Shown here: piece by piece, positions 42,401 to 57,300 of the stretch
How positions within the stretch are numbered: the stretch's first letter is position 1
How the letters are laid out: every line of letters starts with the position of its first letter
From: Tubiluchus corallicola
Lineage: Eukaryota; Animalia; Priapulida
NCBI GenBank assembly: GCA_030141605.1
Contig: JAQGDQ010000160.1
Span: 248,001-312,000, forward strand
DNA: 64,000 nt
Reading direction: 5' to 3'
The notes under the pieces: generated by a model
Database searches by the model: none
What the model saw: the letters and a program-made list of their open reading frames with translations, nothing else
Told to the model about the DNA's origin: nothing
Program-made: the position numbers and the translations under genes

Positions 42401-45400
42401 ATGAATGTTAGACAGAAAATGGGTTTGGAAATAAGAAATTTAGTATCATAATTTCACTTCGTAGTATCATTACATTAGGTTGTGGGTACAGCGTGTTAAA
42501 TGTAGAATTTTAGGCTCACTATTAGGACTTCTACTTTTCTTCCATCCTTCAAGCTTACTAACGTAATTGTGCTAGAGAGGCCAACGTGAATTGCCTGAAC
42601 TGCCTAATTTACTAATTAAATATTTTTGTACTTGTAGATGGCAAGCCAATGCTGAGACAGGGCGACACTGGTGACTGGATTGGTACCTTTGAAGGTCATC
42701 GCGGCGCTGTCTGGGGTGCTTGTCTTAATAAAGAAGCAACTCAAGCTGCTACAGGAGCAGCAGATTTTACTGCGTAAGATTGTTTATTGTGCAGTTAATA
42801 AGGACTAACCCATAATTTACATTTTAGGCCTAGCATTTAAGAAGATAATAGACATGTGATGTTCTTTTAGTAGCAGACACTAATAGACTACTTGATGTTT
42901 AAGTGTTAGTCATGAGCTCATGATAATTGCAAATTTGGTCTTAAGGTAATGGTTAAGATAATGTTTGATGAAGTTTAAGCTGTTTTAAATAGAAAAGAAA
43001 AAGAAAGTAAGTTTGAATGGAACTTGTTGGATTGTGAGTACGAATTTAATTAAAATTTATTTTTCTCCATCAAATTAAATCTACAATAAGGACATTCTGC
43101 CTCCAAGCTACCAGCTGAACCACCTAGTAGAGAAGCAAAATTTCAAAATTAAAGCAGTAAAATTGGTGTAATTGTTAAACATTTGTCTACTTCTTTGTGA
43201 ATTGGTATAGTAAGGCACTTTTGACATACTAAGATCTCAAGTCTAAGAGCAAACTATTAATATTGGTTGTAGAACAAATTAAGTAAACTTTCAAATGTCG
43301 TACATGGGTTTGCAATATGTAGGATAACTTTTGAGTGAAAAAATCAGTGGCTAGCCAGGGCATACAGTACCATATAATATGTTGTTACTATATAGAAGTA
43401 CACTAGTCCTCTGGAGTATTTTTATGTATATGATTATCTTGTTTGCAAGTCTAATAATCTGATTCTGTTAAATTGGGAAAATTGCCATTTCAGCTTTATT
43501 GTAAACATTTTTTTGGAAAAGTATGTCACTGACTTTTTCAAACTGGAAAACGACTATGCTGAAGCATTAATAACTCAGTTTATCCTTCTTCATCATTTAG
43601 AATTATAGATTGCCTGGCAGATTTGGCACTTTACTTATACAGTTAATTTTCTTTTTGAACCAAACTGTTACAATAAGACAAAACTTTATAAATTGAACAA
43701 GTGACACATAATGGCTGGCTGGTGAGCAAGCAGTTAATTAACAATGCTCATCAGCTTCATGCCCTCATTATTTTGACATATAACCCTAAGATTTTTGCCA
43801 TGCATTGCTGATGACATTCTTTAATTAAATTCAGACATTCATCAGAATAGAGTTTTGAACAGCAATCAGTAGTGTCTTGTATTGTTTGGGCTACTGCACT
43901 TTTCGTTCTATATATGTTGGGAACCAACTAGAAAGCATCTGTGTGAGTGTTTGGATGTCTTCCTTGAATTACTAACATGGACATATTTTAACACTTTATC
44001 TTGCTTCTTTCTTGTTATTTAGTTATTGTATTAAATTACCATTCAGGAAACTTGAATATGTAGTATATTTCATATAATATGTGGATTTTGCAGGAAAGTG
44101 TGGGATGCTGTATCAGGAGGAGAGCTGCAGTCCTTCACACACAAACACATAGTCAAAAGTGTTGACTTCTCACCTAATTCTGGGTACTTGGTGACGGGCA
44201 GTCTGGAGAAATTAGTCAAAGTTTTTGATCTTGGACGACCAGACGCAGGTACTCAATGATGTTAGTTTCATCTTAGAAAAAATTAATTAAGAGTTAAAAT
44301 TAAATGAGAAACTAACAATTTAACTAAATTTGACTCAGTTGACTAGTATAACAGCTGAAATGGTTAACTAACTGACTTACCATCAGGCAGTTTGTGGGGT
44401 TTGTTTCAATGCTAACAAAGTGTTTCGACAACCAGCTGTTCCTTCTTTTTAATGTATGCAAAATTTTTAGATTAAAAAACTGGTTAATGGTGAATCACAT
44501 GCCTCATATTTTTAAGACTAGATATCTGCCGATTGCTCATATTCATGGTTAAGTAAGTCTACACTAATATTTTTGTCCAACCAGAATCCAAATTAGAATA
44601 ATGAACATAAAACACCAATGGTGAAATGAAAACATGTTTTTATTGATCATTGTGTAACAAAACTTTGAAGCTGACATTAATTAAAGAATACAAAAAAGTC
44701 TTTTATCTCAGTAAATTTTTGTTCTTGTCCCTTTTGTGCCTGTCTGTGATGTAAAATGTGGGGTTACTGTGGGTTTAATGTAAATGCGGGGTTAATTAGG
44801 TCATTGATGTTTTGTTCATTTTTGTTTGTTACTACCCTGTTTTATTTTGTTGTTACTCGTTCCTACAGTGAAGTTTCATTAATTTAGTGCCAGCAGCATT
44901 GCAAGGTCACACCGGAAATATAAAACAAGTACTGTTTCTCCAAGATGGCCGTCAAATTATTAGTGCAGCCGAAGACAAATCTTTAAGGTATGCCTGCACT
45001 TTACCAGTTGTTGAGTATGTAAAATATTGCTGATGAAGAGGGATTTTGTTAATTTTTTTGTTTTTGCGGCATTTAATACTGGCAAATGACACATTTCATG
45101 TATGCCTTAGTTTGCTGCATTCCTCTGCTCTGCTTATCTAAAGCTTTTACTTTCTTCCACAGATTGTGGGATGTCAACACTAATGCAGAAATAAAAAAAA
45201 TAGACTTGCCTCTAAACCCAAGTTGCTTGGAGCTTTCAAGAGATGGCGAACTCATTTGTGTGACATATGGAAACACCACAGCCTTTTACAACACTAGCAA
45301 ATTGGAGGTGGAGAAAACGTTTGAGACACCGACTCAACTTTACTCCGCCTCCTTGCATCCTGATAAATCTGTGTTTGTGTTTGGAGGAGAGAATTTCATT

Positions 45401-46101
45401 ATGTACAAATATGATTTTAGCACTGGCATCGAGTTAGGTGAGTACATCAATCCCAATATGTAGTTTCAACATGATTATATAAATTTCAGGGTAAATTGTG
45501 TTACTGCATGTTAGCCATATAGTTATATAAATTTTATGGTAGATTTCACTGCCACTATTACAATTAACTTTATTTGTGCAAATTTCGGCTAAAAAATGTG
45601 TAAATAATGTTAACTATTGTACAACGTTTCGACAGATTGTTGTGCAAAGTATGTTCACTGAAATTCGATATGTGTATTCATGATGAGAACACGTATTTGT
45701 AATTGGATTTTGCTTAACTATTAACTAATTCTAATTTTTAGAATTGCGAATGAGCTTTGTATCATGTTTTGAAAGCCATTTACTTTCTGTAACGGATACA
45801 TCTGACAACTATGTATGTTACTGCTCACTCCTGACATCTGAATTTTGATTGTAAGAAATAATTACAAACAATAATTTTTGTTTTAGAGTCCTTTAAAGGA
45901 CACTTTGGTGCAGTGCACTGCGTACGATTTTCTCCGGATGGGGAGCTGTATGCAAGTGGCAGTGAAGACGGAACATTGCGTCTTTGGCAGACAACAGTAG
46001 GTAAGACGTATGGGCTGTGGAAATGTGTCGGACCAGGAGAAGCAACTGACGGAGCAAGCTCAAGCGTTAATGGGCCTAATGAAGTCAAAGCCGAGGCCTA
46101 G
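39456..46101 (+). CDS. STRAP: Serine-threonine kinase receptor-associated protein (unrip, WD40), about 331 aa
   Basis: Exons 39456-39570, 42638-42773, 44094-44248, 44888-44987, 45163-45437, 45887-46101. Motifs: [82 protein letters not shown]. Confidence 0.97.
39822..40510 (+). mobile_element. CR1-type LINE 3' fragment in STRAP intron 1
   Basis: Frameshifted motifs [64 protein letters not shown] and [10 protein letters not shown]. Confidence 0.9.
40569..41474. mobile_element. Non-autonomous DNA transposon/MITE (about 906 bp)
   Basis: Perfect TIR of about 38 bp, TGTTGGGAGCCGTTTGGACCACTGCGCCAAGTAGACCA, between TA runs. Internal palindromic GTCCTAC..GTAGGAC motifs lie at about 40626 and 41040, with a half-site at about 41414. 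Confidence 0.9.
41500..42440 (+). mobile_element. Degenerate LINE ORF2 C-terminal fragment
   Basis: [41 protein letters not shown] and a zinc-knuckle-like [17 protein letters not shown], with stops and frameshifts. Confidence 0.75.
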
Positions 46102-47474
46102 CATAGGGCTTAAGTTAACTTTCTGGGACTTTATTACTGCTTGGCTAAGAGGTGCAAGTTGTTGTGTCAGAACATAATTGATACTTGTTATGGGAGAGCG
46201 TGCCCATCCTCTAAAAACATTTCATTTATGGGGAATGTAGTAATGTTGCTTAGCTGATAAATTATTCTGTTTTATCCACATCAAAAGTTTCTTGTAGGAG
46301 CCATTTCAAAATCATACTGTACATTAATTTTTATTAAAATTGCTTTGTTCATGTAGATGATGAAGAATCCTAAATGTATCCTGGTTTTTCAAAATGTATG
46401 AGTTTGAAATTGTAACTTAACTGAAATTTATTTATCCATCTGCTCTGAGCTCAATTGGGATGCTGCTTAGAGTGAGCTAACACAATTCTGTCTATACGGG
46501 TCAGATTCTACTAATGATTTGGGCTTACAGCAGTTGCAATAGAGAAAATTACAAACTAGTCATGTCATTATGGTACTTTACTAAGTTCTTTAATTTGACT
46601 TCATATATTTATTCACTAGAAATTTATAGCTTGTCTTAAAGTCCCAGAATGTTGGTAACTTGTCCATGATTACTATAGCTGTCCCTCGAGTACTATGTAC
46701 TGGTATTGATAAAAATTAAAACCAGAAAAAAAGATGCACAAATGCCGACTTCAAAACAGTCAACTTGATAAAGAGAAAAGAGTGGGCTGTGAAAGAATAG
46801 CATAATTACAAAGCCACGCAATTAGCATTTAAGACCAAGTAAACAAATTCTGTTGATTGAGCTTTTTGAAACTCAAGAAATACTTTGAAATTAAAAGAAA
46901 TTGTGGCAGTTATGTTAACGTTTTTCCATTAGTTAACCTGTTTTTGTTTAAGTTTTAATAGAAAATTAAGTTACTAATGAATATTTGGCAGACGTCAACT
47001 CATTTTTATTAACTTTTGTTATACATCATTTATGAAGGATAACATTAGTTCATAAAAAATCTAGTGTTTCGACAACTTGAATTACTAGGATTTACTTTTT
47101 ACCTGTACGAGTTACCCATACTTGTTACTCTACACAGTTTTGCACAGTAACATGGAATTTTTTACTAATGTTGCCATTTTTACATCTACCACTGAAAAAG
47201 TTTGCAGTTTGGTAGATACAGGTAACTCAATTTTTTTTGTTACAAATCATTTTTAAAGGTCTTGCTTATAATGTTGTTGCTCTTGTAATGTTATAAAAAT
47301 TAAGACTGTGACAAACTAGTACTAGGTAGTATGCTTCTTTTACGTAATTGGCTTCTCGCACTTCAGTAATTTCAGTTTTTTTAAGCAATTTGTATTCGCT
47401 AAAGTTTTAACAAGTTAGTTTGTCAACTTCTCAGGTTACATTCTTGTTCATTGTCAGCATCACCTGTGGAATTT

Positions 47475-47480
47475 AATAAA
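47475..47480 (+). terminator. Candidate STRAP polyadenylation signal
   Basis: AATAAA followed by GT/T-rich sequence, where strand composition switches from T-rich to A/C-rich. Confidence 0.45.
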
Positions 47481-49955
47481 AACTTAACCTACTGAATGTT
47501 AGATGTTAGTGCTTTTCACTTTTACACCAAAAACCTACTGCACTACTTCTAACACAAACGTTGTTAAAACTCATCAAGCCTTAGAATACATACAACACAG
47601 CTCAAGTACAACATGTGAGTTCCCACTTTTTAAATTTGTTAATCTCCATGCTTGATCATCGCATTCAAAATGTGCTTGAATTTCTTTCCTTAAATTTAAT
47701 TAGCCGCACTGACTGCTCAGATCTAGTTACATTTTAAGCAAGCAGGATTTCCAACAATGTGCTAGTTAAATTTAATACATGTGCAAAATAGTATTGCTGC
47801 TATTACTTGAACTTTGCTACAAAGCAAAATCTTGGCATGTAACAGAGTTTGTAAGGTGAAAACAATTGTTGTGCAAACATTGTGTAAACATAAATGTGTG
47901 TATAACTATATGACCAAAAAAGAAAAGAGTAATCGTACTGCATTGTTCAAACATATATTTTCAATACTATGACTAGCTCTAAACAAGAGAATAATACATA
48001 AAACTACTCCTGTATAATACAAAATGGGGACAAATGCTTCAAACACCGTCCGAAAAATAAGTATTTCATAGAGTGGCTCATAGATGGTCAAGAGTCTCAA
48101 ACAAATGAAAATGTAACATGAAATGATGTAGTACATTACAGTTGCGTTATTAACAATGCTTTATAACTGCAGCGAATAAATTGCTATAAAATGTATGTTT
48201 GAGTTGATGACTACAGTACACCAGGTTTGTGTTGAAAAGCAATACTGTCTTGAAAAGCAGCTTTGTTGTTGATAAAATACTATCTTATGTTATAGCAGTG
48301 ACATCAAGTTATAGCAGCAAGAGCAGATTCAGTTAAAATAAAACCAGTGAGCTCTTTTATAGCTCATATTGAAGCTCATCAAATCACTAAAAAGGCAAAT
48401 TAAAATGGTACAGCATCGAGCCGTAAATGCAGAGCGAAAAATGATCACTAATGCAGCAAATATTTACAACATGCCCGAGTATGCTAGACATTTCAGCACA
48501 AGAACTGTACTTTACAAATAGTAAGATTTCATTAATTTTGCCTGTGATTATTGTGCAGATACAAGGCTTTCCGTTGAAAGACTACTATTTCAATGAGGTG
48601 GGAATGATGTCTATATACTAACAAACAGGCTAAGTACTTCGTACTAAGCAGTGCATCACAGCTTACAAAAGTACCTTTTAACTTATTTGTACTGAGCAAA
48701 GTGCATAAATTTTGAGTTCTGCGAAAAGTAATTAGTATAATCAAGTATAGTGTGCAGTTTAAGCACTGGTTTTTGTAGTACCAGGAAATACTTTCAATGG
48801 AAAGAGTGGAAAAATTAATGTGTGCTTCAGATGATGTCAAATTACAAAGGTTTTCGTGCAGCACTGAGTTGGCTCAACTCTATGCGACAATGAAATGTAT
48901 GATAATGGCAGTCATTTACTAGTCAGTACAACAAACAAGAGTGAAACCATCTCTCGTATAAATATTCACCAACCTTAAATACTACAGATAAACTATATAA
49001 TGGAAGTAGTAAACCTCAGCTACAATTTTGATCTCACCTACTGAGATGCAAATTTACAATAGAACTGTTTTTACAAATGGCTTGTGTGACATTGACCTTG
49101 CTTGAAAAATTCACCACCAGGTGGTGCTCAGATTTCCCACAAAGTTTACCACCCTTATTGTACAGATAATCTACAGCTTTACATATGAATTTTATATAAC
49201 AACATCTCACTATATATATAATATATATGTTGTGGCTATAATCTTTGTAATATATATAATATATATATATATATTCAAGTTTTGTTTGTTTTTACTGATT
49301 GTTTTATGTACAAAATAAATTATCTTCTTTCTGAAAAACATAGATCATTTTTCACTACTGTTAAGTGAACAGTAGGTACTAGATCCAGAACGTGTTCACT
49401 TAATTTGCTAAATTCAGATTCTACCAATACACTTGAATGTTGTAGAGTAAAACAGCTAACAGCACATTAACTTATTTTCAACTATGATAAATTCAATTAA
49501 TGACAGACGTGTAACTACAATAATTTCGTCAAATGCAAAACACTGTAACGGCTGTCAAGTACTTACAACAGCAGACATTTTACTAGCAAAATACAGCAAA
49601 TCCTTGCTTGACGACTAGAAGCTACTACATACCTAAAGAAAGTGACCATTTGAATATTTATTGTGCTGTTAATAAACTCAGTATGACTATGATTATTTCT
49701 GGCTCTTGCCTGTCTAAAGACAAATCGGTCTTGTTTGACAAAAATCTGCTGCTAAACATGCACTATACAGTCAAACGGCTGTGCTCCCAAGCCGCTTGCA
49801 TTTATGCTGTCAGAAAACAACATAAGCAGAATAGCATACAATAGAAAAGGAATCCATAAGAACAGAATTGAAATTGGACATTTCATAACACCGTGACGTT
49901 CAAACAAATGTAAATACGAATTTTGGTAAATAGCTTGGTCTACAAAACTACCATA

Positions 49956-50673
49956 CAGTAAATCCTCGCCTAACAATGTCCCATTTAGCGATGTTTTGTT
50001 TTAACGACGCTAAACATATGACACATTTTTCTCACTTAACGACGCATGTTTCGTTTAAAACTACGATAATTTTACTTTAGTCAAAGCAATTTTTATTTTA
50101 TCAATGGTTTTTTTACCTAATTTTAAAGATTAAAACATTATTTTTTGCAGTAGTCTATTCTAAAGATGCATTAGTAAAGTAAACTAGTACAATCATTTAT
50201 GTTTTTGCTTCCTGAATGACTGCTAAAATTTAATGCTAGCCATTCGTATCAAGTGAGATCTATTTGCAATTTATATGCCTCCAGGCACCTGGTGTGCAAA
50301 TTAGTCTTTATGCAAAGGAATTTTGTCTACAACCCTTTCCTATAGCTTACAAGTATCTAGACAAAAATGTCTAATTGCAGTGTTTTTAAAACCACTAACC
50401 GCGTAGGACTTCAAGATTAACGAAAGAGATACCGCTAAGTAGCGTAAGAAAGACAGGTGATTTCAACAAAGAAAGAAATCAATCAGTAAAGATAAGAAAA
50501 CACAGAAAACATTTAATTTGTATGAATTAAGCAGGACTGACATTAAACTTCTTCTGGAACTTATCTCAATTCTTTTACATTACTTACTATGGAAGTCGTG
50601 GCTTTGTTTAACGATGTTTCGACTAACATCGTTTTGCTGGAACGCATTAGCGTTGTTAAGTGAGGACTTACTG
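49956..50673. mobile_element. Tigger-type MITE downstream of (or inside the 3' UTR of) MED13
   Basis: TA|CAGTAAATCCTCGCCTAACAA ... TTGTTAAGTGAGGACTTACTG|TA, with repeated TTAACGAC subterminal motifs. A related terminal fragment lies at about 50870-50920. Confidence 0.8.
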
Positions 50674-51370
50674 TACTTGCATTTTTAAGCAAATTGCATA
50701 GTTATTGTAAGTAAATTATAATGAACTGTGACTCTTTGTCAGTAATAAACAGATAGTGTGCAAATGGAAACAATAAAACATTTGATTTATTTAAAGGAAG
50801 CATTTTTGACTTTTGCCCATGGAATGAATTTCTATGCTTTTACATTTTTTTAAGAAAGGCATGGCTTCATATAACAACGTTTCACTTAACATCAGTGTCG
50901 CTAAGCAAGGACTTCCTGCACTGTATCTAGATTGCATTTATAAACTCAGCATTGCTACATTAGTAATCTACGCACTGAAATTGTTTTAAATACATTACTT
51001 ATAATTTAGCACTAACGTTGCAAAACGGCCACGATTTATAACAGAATAAATATAATCACACTAATCAAAATTGTGACAAAAACAGGTCACGCAGTTCATT
51101 CTCGTACCCTGCATTGACTTTCAACGCCAACAGCAACTTTATAACAGAATTGTACAACAGAAACATGTATAACATTAAAACGACATAGTGGTACCGTATT
51201 TACACACATCAGGAAGCATTAATTTCGTTAAACTGTACAAGCTGCTAATATAACAATAATTCACTTCAGTCTAAACTGCCACTGAATTATAAATTACTTT
51301 CCAAAATAGCACACAAGGCAATATCCTCGGCTGACCGGAGGCACTACAGACAAAACAAGATGGGTAAGTA

Positions 51371-54300
51371 TCACAAAAGCGCTGACACGGTGTGGTATAG
51401 TTGCATAAGCACTTGTTGATGAACTGGGAGACACGAACGGCGATCATTTGTAGTGGTATCCATACTTAGCCAAGACAAGGCATTGTATTGCTCCAGGACA
51501 TAGCTGTAAAGTTAATACTTACATCATTTTCAAGTAAGTTTGTGTTAGCATTTCAGTAATGATAACATAGCTTTAACTAAAATGACTTGAACACAAATGA
51601 CAGATAATCCTAAGTAGATTTGGTCGCGGTCACACAGTGAGAAATCGAATCGTTAATTTATGATAGATCCTCCACTCAACTGTATGTTAAAATAGCATTT
51701 AAGATCAGTAGTGAAGATAGAACGTTTAGTTTTTGCTATTAATTTTACTTTTCTTTAAAGTTTCTGTAAATTTAGGTTGTTTTTGCAATTTTTCATTCAA
51801 GGCATTTTTTGAAAGTTACAGTAAGCAATTACATGCGCCAATACACTAATGTTACAGAATTTCGATGTTGGTGTATTGTCATTGCACTCTCTCAAACTTA
51901 CATTGCACAGTTAAGCAACAAAATATTGATATAAAATCTGATTTTTATTTGACTGAATCAAAGTGACTATAACCAATTTATTTAAATTGCAATGGGAAAA
52001 CAAAATTCAGAAAGTGCAAGTCGAATTCTTAACAAGCACTTTTGTTTAACCATTGTTGTATTCTGATGATTACTGCCTACGTATCTGGTTTTCGAATCCA
52101 AAAACAATATTATCACTTGCGCCTATTTTCCCTTTTCTTTAACTAACACTGCAAAATAAAAGAATTCTCTGAATTTCCACTTCTATTTATGACATTTTGT
52201 ACGACAAGCTATGGAATGAGTGCACACCCAATGAAAACAACTTTTGCGAACATAATTCCGTAATGCACTCAGTAAGGTGACATAAGTTCAGAAATACATT
52301 TTCTCTGTGCAATACATTTGAAAAAAAAACACATGTCATCCAACAATATGACACTTACCGCAGTACAACGTAAGTATGACTGGAATCGAGTGGGTGGGAC
52401 AGAGAGTTTCTAGAGCTCGCTTGATTTTGATGCAGTTGCAGTTCATCACATGGTTGTACAGTTATGTGCAGCGCAGACTGAAGCAAAACAAAGTTCAGTA
52501 TTAATCCTTACACAAAAACTGCCGCAGCAACATAAAGCAAAGTAGAGGGGGTTAACCATTACAACAACTGCTCAAATTACATTTATCTGATGATCAGTTG
52601 ACCTAATAGATTATAAATGGTTACTTCTTATGCAGTCTGATAATAGAAGTTGGATTAAAAGAGTAATGTCAGTCCTATAATCCAGCTAAACCAACTATGT
52701 AATTTAGTCATTTTCTAAAATTAAACAATTATTTACACATAAAAAGTTCTTTTTAGCTGCTAATAGTTTTTCAAGGCAGTTTTTCTAAAGTCTATGACAC
52801 GCATCCCTACATGATTATGCAAAAACTAGTGAAGCTGCCAAAAGAACATAGCAAATGCAGTCATGTAGCACAAAATCTGTCTTTAAAATTCATTTTTTAC
52901 CAACAGCTTGGCCTTTAGGATTCCTGATAGTGGTTTCTACATCACATAAGTATTTCTCACTCTAGAGAATACTAGCAATGGTATGATTGCAATGGGTTTA
53001 CCCAAAAAGTTTGCATCTTTTCTATACCTTAAAAAATGCAGGACAAGCATTTTCTGCTGTTGGGCAAGCAGACCAAAACCATTTTGGCAGTGGACCGGTT
53101 TTAGCTGTAGAAACGTAATATCCTAGAGCCAGTGGCTGTTGCAACAGCATTGGTGTCTCATCCTGTGGATCTGTGCTTGTTGATCCCTAAAATGAAATGC
53201 GACTGATTTAGAATTATACAAACATGATTAAATAAAATCAAATTAGCGATAAGAGGATAATGTATGTTGCATGTCATGTTCTTGATGCTAAGCATCAACG
53301 ACATTTTTTTATTTCTACCACAAACACTGATTACAATTTACCTTTCCTGGTCCTCCGGCAGCGTAACCCGGCTGTTCTCCAGACAAGAGAGTTGGAGAGA
53401 TTGCTCCAGAAAGATTATCGTGCCGTGGTGAACCTGGATAAAGGACAAAGATGTCGTTCACATCCTGCATGTTTTCGTCTTGTATATCGAAGCCAAATAA
53501 GTCGAGGGCATCGTCACCTCCATCCATTCCTGGATGATGAGCAGCTGTTGATGGTGCCTATAGTAAAACATTTCATGTAACACATCAATGCCGAAGAAAA
53601 CAGAAATTTTACAAGACACATTATAACACAGCAGATTAAAATTCCGTTGTTACCAGCAATTAAAATAAATCCTGTACTGTAGAACAGATGATCACTGAGG
53701 TAGTTTCCTTAAGCAAAACAAATCTCAAAACATTTGCACTGAAAGTTATTGCTCTAAGTGCTTCTTTTTGCAAATAACTAATAAAAAATACACAAGTAGT
53801 CAATATACTTCGGACGCACGCTGTTAGTCAAGAAAAGACCAGTTAGGAAAAAAGGCAAAAAACTTTTCAATTTGGTAGTTAGTTGACTATACACAGTAAA
53901 TGCACTTATCTGGAATTCTGAAAGCAGTTACAGTAAAGTATTATCTAAAATACACAGATGATTGGTATATTTAGCATACCTGTGTTGTAGCTGATGTGGG
54001 AAAGACAAGTATGTGTGTACAAGATGCATCCTCCGGAGTTGACAAAGGGCATCGAGCAGTTGGAATAAGGCGATCATCAACGCTGCACACTTTCGGGAAG
54101 ACACGTAAAGAAGCATCCGGTTCAAGCGATACCAAACAAGCAGACAGAAGACAAGGTGTGTCTGATGGAGGAAGACACGTGCAAGAAGTGCACATTTCTT
54201 TTAACTGCTTGTTAACAACTTGCATGTTTTTTCTACTCAAAATATTGCTCCAGCCTAAGAGAAAAGAATTTCATAAAAATGTTTAGAACAAAGACGAGAA

Positions 54301-57300
54301 AATCTTAAGAAATATGAGCTAAATATATAATGTTAATTAATTAGGTACTAATTAGGTTAAACAAAGTAAACACTGCAAAATTCAAGATGCGTATTTTATT
54401 TCAAAATCTGGAATTCTTTATCCCAATTTCATAAAAGAATACACACCCATAAGTTCACCATGTCCGATGCGACCAAAACGTCCAACTACAAGTCTCCATG
54501 GAATGGTCGTAGACGACATGACACCTAAGAGGAACTCCCAAAGTTTGTGAAGTCCAGCTTTCCTAGCAGATGCCTTTTTTCTTCTTCCTCTGCAAAGCAT
54601 AAGTTCAGTACAGAGAAATTCATTAAAGCAAACCAGCACAATATTATCAGCAGCGTATTGGCATATTATGTTTTTATTTCAAATGACATGCTTGCAATAA
54701 CACAGAGATAGCAACTCACCGATTAGGAATTTCAACATTGATGATAGACGTTTCTAAAAGATCTCCTCGATCATCAGTGCAAACAGCAAGCAGCCATCGC
54801 TGATCTTGAGACAGGCAATATGCACAGAACAGCACAGTGCACTTTTCCACTGTTTCCCCAAAAGACTCGCCCAGTTCAGTCTGCTTGTCCTTTTGCGGTG
54901 CCAAAATGTACGGTGGTCGGAACATTCGTACTGCCTGCTTCTACAAAACAAAAGAAAAAACTACAATGGTAGACACTGTAGACAGTAGACACTGTACTTT
55001 ATTTTTGACAAAAATCGATTGCTGAACAAAATTTGTTAATACAAAAACATAAGCATTGTGCTTTTAAGCAATCCCTGTGGGCCTAAATAGAAGATGCTTC
55101 TCAATAAAGTAGTACCGATATGAATGGATAAATACTTTGCTATATACAGTTCTGCTCTCTGCTAGGCTGTATCTAGTATTGAAATGGCAGAGATTACTTA
55201 AGGCCTGGAATTTAGTAAACTACCAAAAAGAATCCACCAATGTGGGACACTGTTGGCAAAAGTGTCTTGGCCACTGTTGGACGTGTATACATTGTCCCAC
55301 GACTAAAAAAGTGTCGAAGCGATGGGCCTTCAAAAATCAATTTTCAAAAACTTCTGAAACTCCAGAATGCCATCTAGTGGCAAACATCTCAATTAAAACC
55401 TCACACCTGATCATATGAGACCAAATATAAAGTACAACTTTAATAGTCAAGTTATTCAACCTCTAGTATCTTTCAATTGGTGCCATATTAAAATAAAGAA
55501 CTTTTATGAAAAGTTTCAGGTAAATGAATTTATTTCACTTATTGGCTTATTACAAGTGTTCTAACTGTCAAAATCTAACAAAATTTTGTTATTCATATAA
55601 TTTTATTTCAAAACATGAAAATATTGCCCTCAGATGTAGGAATGAGCCAATATTTCAGAGCATTTTCAGTTTTATTTGCAGTGAAGTATATTAATGTTAT
55701 TAAGGTCAATGGCAATTGGCAGTTTTTAATTCACAAACCTCAGAGGTTCTGAGCAAGCGCTCCTGGTGGGCAGCCGGCCCAAATCCCGTCATACTCTTTG
55801 CCTGCTGAGTCTGGTGAAGCAACTTCCGGCTTTGAGTGAATACAGACAATGCCATAGCTTTCATTCTTGCAGAATGGTGACTTTGATCTTCTCCTTGACT
55901 GACAGTTAAAACGGTCTCCAAGGGAACAATCTAATGTGAAAAAGTTATGTAAAAATTTCTTAAACACAAACAAAGATAAAAACAAAATTTTGTTTATGGA
56001 AAAGATAGAATTATCAATTAAAAAGCATCAACTGAGAATGATAGTCAAAGGGGAAATTTTTTATTTGAATGGTATTATCCAAATCCAACAGCACAAGTAG
56101 GTCAGTTTAAATTGCAAAAAAAAGAAAACAACACAAATATATTATTAATATCAACAACTCAACATCAATAGATGTATATATGATTGATCATCATAGACTT
56201 AGAGATTTAAAAACACTTTGGTTTTACAAAAACTGTCTTTTGGAAAAATATAATTCAAATTAATGTAATAAAAGTGCACATTATCTACTGAAGCAACAAC
56301 ACCGCTAAAACATTTGAAATGTGTCTGTACCTGAAGAATTATGTTATTTTTCATATTCTGCGGTAAAAACTCTAGCATCTCCATATAGCAACGCAACATG
56401 CCAAGTGATATCAATCGATTCAAATTATCATCATCGCTACCATATGTAAATGCATCAACCATGTACACCACTAATGCTGGTGTGTGAATATCATCTTCGT
56501 GTTCTGGTTCAGGATGTGTGACTCGATCCTTCTGAGTCTGCGTAGTTACAACGTGGGGCGCAGGACTATCGTCAGCTAAAAAAGGAACATTAATGGTATT
56601 GAAAATATCACTTACCAAGAAAAACAAAGCATTTTTCACTTAAAAAAAATTTAGTAAAATTAGTAATATCAGTAGCAATAGTACTGAAATCTGAGTAGGG
56701 AGAACAGTACAAAACAACCACATAAAACATAAAAACTGCAAATTTACCAGTACACAACTGCATGCCATTTAATGCAATCTATAACTTGCTAGATTTGATT
56801 CTAAAATGTTAAACAGATCAAATTCAAGCTCAGAAACAGAGAATTATACATACGTCTGTCTTGACTAGCAGTACTATCAGCATTGTTGCTTGGAGGATTG
56901 TCAGGCGTAGACGGCGGTGGCATGGGGGAAGGGACAGGAGCCTTTTCAAATAAACTTCTGTCCAATGGCAGTGTTGACAAATGAGTGGCTGTAAAAATGT
57001 AAACACAAAAATTTATTCAAAATAAAGACATTCAACTGTTTACAACTGTAAACAGTTACAATTAATTTAGATGTTAAGGTATGTAATGTATACATTAATC
57101 TTACCTAAATGATATCGGCAGACTTGTGCGTATAACCTCAACTTGTCAGCAATTGCAGACTCGCCTATAAAGCAACAAACAGACTCAGAACACAATATAC
57201 TATTAGCCATATCCAAGGTTCATATGGTAAAACTTGGCAAACAATTGTAAAATATGCAATCCCAATAGCTTTGAAGCCACTGATCTTCAAAATTCATAGA

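Noticed and set aside
45678-45806. C/D-box snoRNA candidate in the last STRAP intron (ATGATGA ... CTGA)
   Set aside because: No terminal stem or recognisable rRNA antisense element. Such boxes arise by chance in AT-rich DNA.
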